Position numbers and translations under genes: made by a program
In this document: piece by piece, positions 62,001 to 64,000 of the stretch
Numbering within the stretch: the stretch's first letter is position 1
How the letters are laid out: each line of letters starts with the position of its first letter
Assembly: GCA_963665665.1 (NCBI GenBank)
Contig: OY762428.1
Location: forward strand, 64,001-128,000
Origin: Candidatus Kapaibacterium sp.
GTDB taxonomy: Bacteria > Bacteroidota > Ignavibacteria > Kapaibacteriales > UBA2268
Reading direction: 5' to 3'
Length of the DNA: 64,000 nucleotides
The notes under the pieces: generated by a model
Database searches by the model: none
What the model saw: only the letters and a program-made list of their open reading frames with translations
What the model was told of the DNA's origin: nothing

Positions 62001-62959
62001 ATTCCTATATGGTTCGATTAAAGGCTGAGAGAACCTTGAATTTTAAGGAGGCTTAACCAATTTCAATTCCTATATGGTTCGATTAAAGGTGATAATTCAT
62101 CAATCACAATAGGTGCATTAACTAAATTTCAATTCCTATATGGTTCGATTAAAGGGCAAATTTATTTTTCACAGCAAAAGAGGAAAAATTGATTTCAATT
62201 CCTATATGGTTCGATTAAAGGCTTTTTCAAGGTCTTTTGCTCTTTTCCACCCATGTAAATTTCAATTCCTATATGGTTCGATTAAAGGTTGCGCTTGAGT
62301 ATCTGGATTAACTGGTTTGCGATACTGAATTTCAATTCCTATATGGTTCGATTAAAGGTTCTATTTCTTCATTTAATTCTTTAGTTGAATCTGATTTCAA
62401 TTCCTATATGGTTCGATTAAAGGCCGGCTCAAGGACGGTTTTTATCTGATAAAAAATAATTATTTCAATTCCTATATGGTTCGATTAAAGGTATCATCGT
62501 TCCGATCATTGAAAAACTCATAATTGCATTTCAATTCCTATATGGTTCGATTAAAGGCATCTTCGTAAAGGATTCGCTCGCGGCGTTGCCTAATTTCAAT
62601 TCCTATATGGTTCGATTAAAGGCAGCATCCAGATCAGGAAGGGTAACAGCCGTCATACCGTTATTTCAATTCCTATATGGTTCGATTAAAGGAGCGGTCA
62701 AACCGGAATTAATAACCCGACCGGCTCAAATTTCAATTCCTATATGGTTCGATTAAAGGTAAACTGTCCGGAACTAATTCCGTGCCGGGGATTAAATTTC
62801 AATTCCTATATGGTTCGATTAAAGGGGTTTTGAAGCCTATTCGTGTGATATTTTACCATGTTCATTTCAATTCCTATATGGTTCGATTAAAGGCCTGAAA
62901 AGTACAAAAAATATGATAGTCCGAACTGTATTTCAATTCCTATATGGTTCGATTAAAGG
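56020..62959 (-). CRISPR. CRISPR array, 30-bp repeat (plus strand ATTTCAATTCCTATATGGTTCGATTAAAGG), about 105 repeats and 104 spacers of ~35-40 bp; type I-B-like
   Basis: Counted by hand. The minus-strand repeat ends in ATTGAAAT. The degenerate repeat at 56020-56049 marks the trailer, and the leader and cas2/cas1 lie at the right end, so transcription is on the minus strand. Confidence 0.98.
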
Positions 62960-63182
62960 CCCATACGGCCACCAAAAAAATATAAGGTTTTATGCGGTCT
63001 TTTCCAAATTTTTCAAGCGGAAAATCATTGATTTTGTCGTCAACCCCGGATTGTGTAAAAATTCCGGGGCCGCGACGACTCCGCCAAAATCCCCGCCTCA
63101 GCTTAGTTTTCAAAGAACGCTGCCCCGGAGTTCTTAGCACCTGGACTATTTATGGGGGCTTTTTCACCGACCCCGACGACGC
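62960..63182 (-). promoter_or_regulatory. CRISPR leader
   Basis: Non-coding region between cas2 and the first repeat; contains the inverted motif GTCGTCaaCCCCGGA...TCCGGGGccgcGACGAC (63036-63079), resembling type I-B leader motifs. Confidence 0.8.
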
Positions 63183-63449
63183 TTAAATAAAGTTCGAAGT
63201 CATATCGGACTTGTCCTTGCCCAGGATTTCCTTCTTCAGGTATCTGTCCGTTGTCATCGAAAAAATTATCAGCGAGTCCTCCTCTGGTTTCATCAATTTT
63301 CCGGCACGAGCTTTCAGCTCGGCAAGCGCCGATTTGGTCAGTTCGCCTTCGAAAGTGGAGTTCTGAATCCAGTGCAGGTATTGGCGCATCAGTTTCAGCA
63401 TTTTACCTACTCGTTTTTCGTTAACATCATAAACTGCAATATGATACAT
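63183..63449 (-). CDS. cas2: CRISPR-associated endoribonuclease Cas2
   Basis: MYHIAVYDV..KRV.K...YLHWIQNSTFEGEL...DSLIIF. Confidence 0.95.
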   Translation of the reverse strand: MYHIAVYDVNEKRVGKMLKLMRQYLHWIQNSTFEGELTKSALAELKARAGKLMKPEEDSLIIFSMTTDRYLKKEILGKDKSDMTSNFI

Positions 63450-63451
63450 AA

Positions 63452-64000
63452 TCACCACCATATTCTGAACGGTACATATTCCTTTTCACCTGTCAGGTGC
63501 TTAATCAGCTTGTAGCATTCCAGCCGCACCAGCCGCCGGTAAGATATTTTGCGATTCAGCGTCCTGTGCTTTATTGTTGTTTGAAGCCTCTCGTCGTAAA
63601 GCCGGGCAATTTCCTTTCTTCCTTTTTCCTTCAAATAGCAATAACCCAGGTCTTTTTCGAAATCATCAATCTTAACCCGGCCGGAATTAACAGCCTTGAA
63701 AATCAGCCTTTCGGCAAGGATGGGCTTGAATATTTCCGCGACGTCCAGGGCCAGCGAGAACCTTCTTTCGCCGGGTTCGTGCAGGAATGATACCGCCGGG
63801 TCGAGCTGGGTGAAATAAATTTCGGACAGGGCAGTGGTATAAACCAGCGAGTTGCAATAGGAAATCAGCGCGTTAACAGGGTTTGTAGGCGGGTTGTACT
63901 CCCTTTTGCTAAACTCAAAGGCGTCGGCCAGTATCTCGTTGTAAGCCGTGTAATAAATTTTACGAACCCGTCCCTCGACGCTCATCAGTTCCGGTATATC
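63452..64000 (-). CDS. cas1: CRISPR-associated endonuclease Cas1 (type I-B-like), 5' end outside the window
   Basis: EGR..K.YY, KREYNPPTNPVNALISYCN, SFLHEP..RRFSLALDVAEIFKP, SYRRLVRLECYKLIKHL...YVPFRIWW. Confidence 0.95.
   Translation of the reverse strand, partial: DIPELMSVEGRVRKIYYTAYNEILADAFEFSKREYNPPTNPVNALISYCNSLVYTTALSEIYFTQLDPAVSFLHEPGERRFSLALDVAEIFKPILAERLIFKAVNSGRVKIDDFEKDLGYCYLKEKGRKEIARLYDERLQTTIKHRTLNRKISYRRLVRLECYKLIKHLTGEKEYVPFRIWW

Noticed and set aside
56599-63186. ORFs inside the CRISPR array and leader
   Set aside because: Translations of the repeat (FQFLYGSIKG, FNSYMVRLK) or of non-coding leader DNA.

Overview
AT-rich bacterial window, most consistent with a Bacteroidota/Ignavibacteria/Ca. 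Kapabacteria-like genome (many C-terminal T9SS-type sorting domains; lineage is inference). From left to right: (1) alternative complex III genes actA-actB-actC(partial), a thioesterase, a zinc metallopeptidase lipoprotein, an LptD-like protein, three modular paralogous secreted proteins, queD-folE and a UbiB kinase; (2) 24.4-34.3 kb, a repeat-rich region with three mosaic palindromic (REP-like) clusters, a hexamer microsatellite, a 9-bp repeat and two adjacent 21-bp arrays that are diverged inverted copies of each other; (3) a probable ~21-kb integrative island with a tyrosine integrase at the left, an excisionase-type HTH protein at the right and almost exclusively envelope/secreted cargo, plus an IS3-family element; (4) a type I-B-like CRISPR array (about 105 repeats and 104 spacers by hand count), its leader, cas2 and a partial cas1. 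The most notable observations are the inverted 21-bp double array beside the integrase, a possible integrase attachment core shared with the truncated terminal CRISPR repeat, two spacers that encode the same peptide using only synonymous differences, and a dockerin-like/cohesin-like gene pair. All calls come from reading the sequence by eye; no searches were run.
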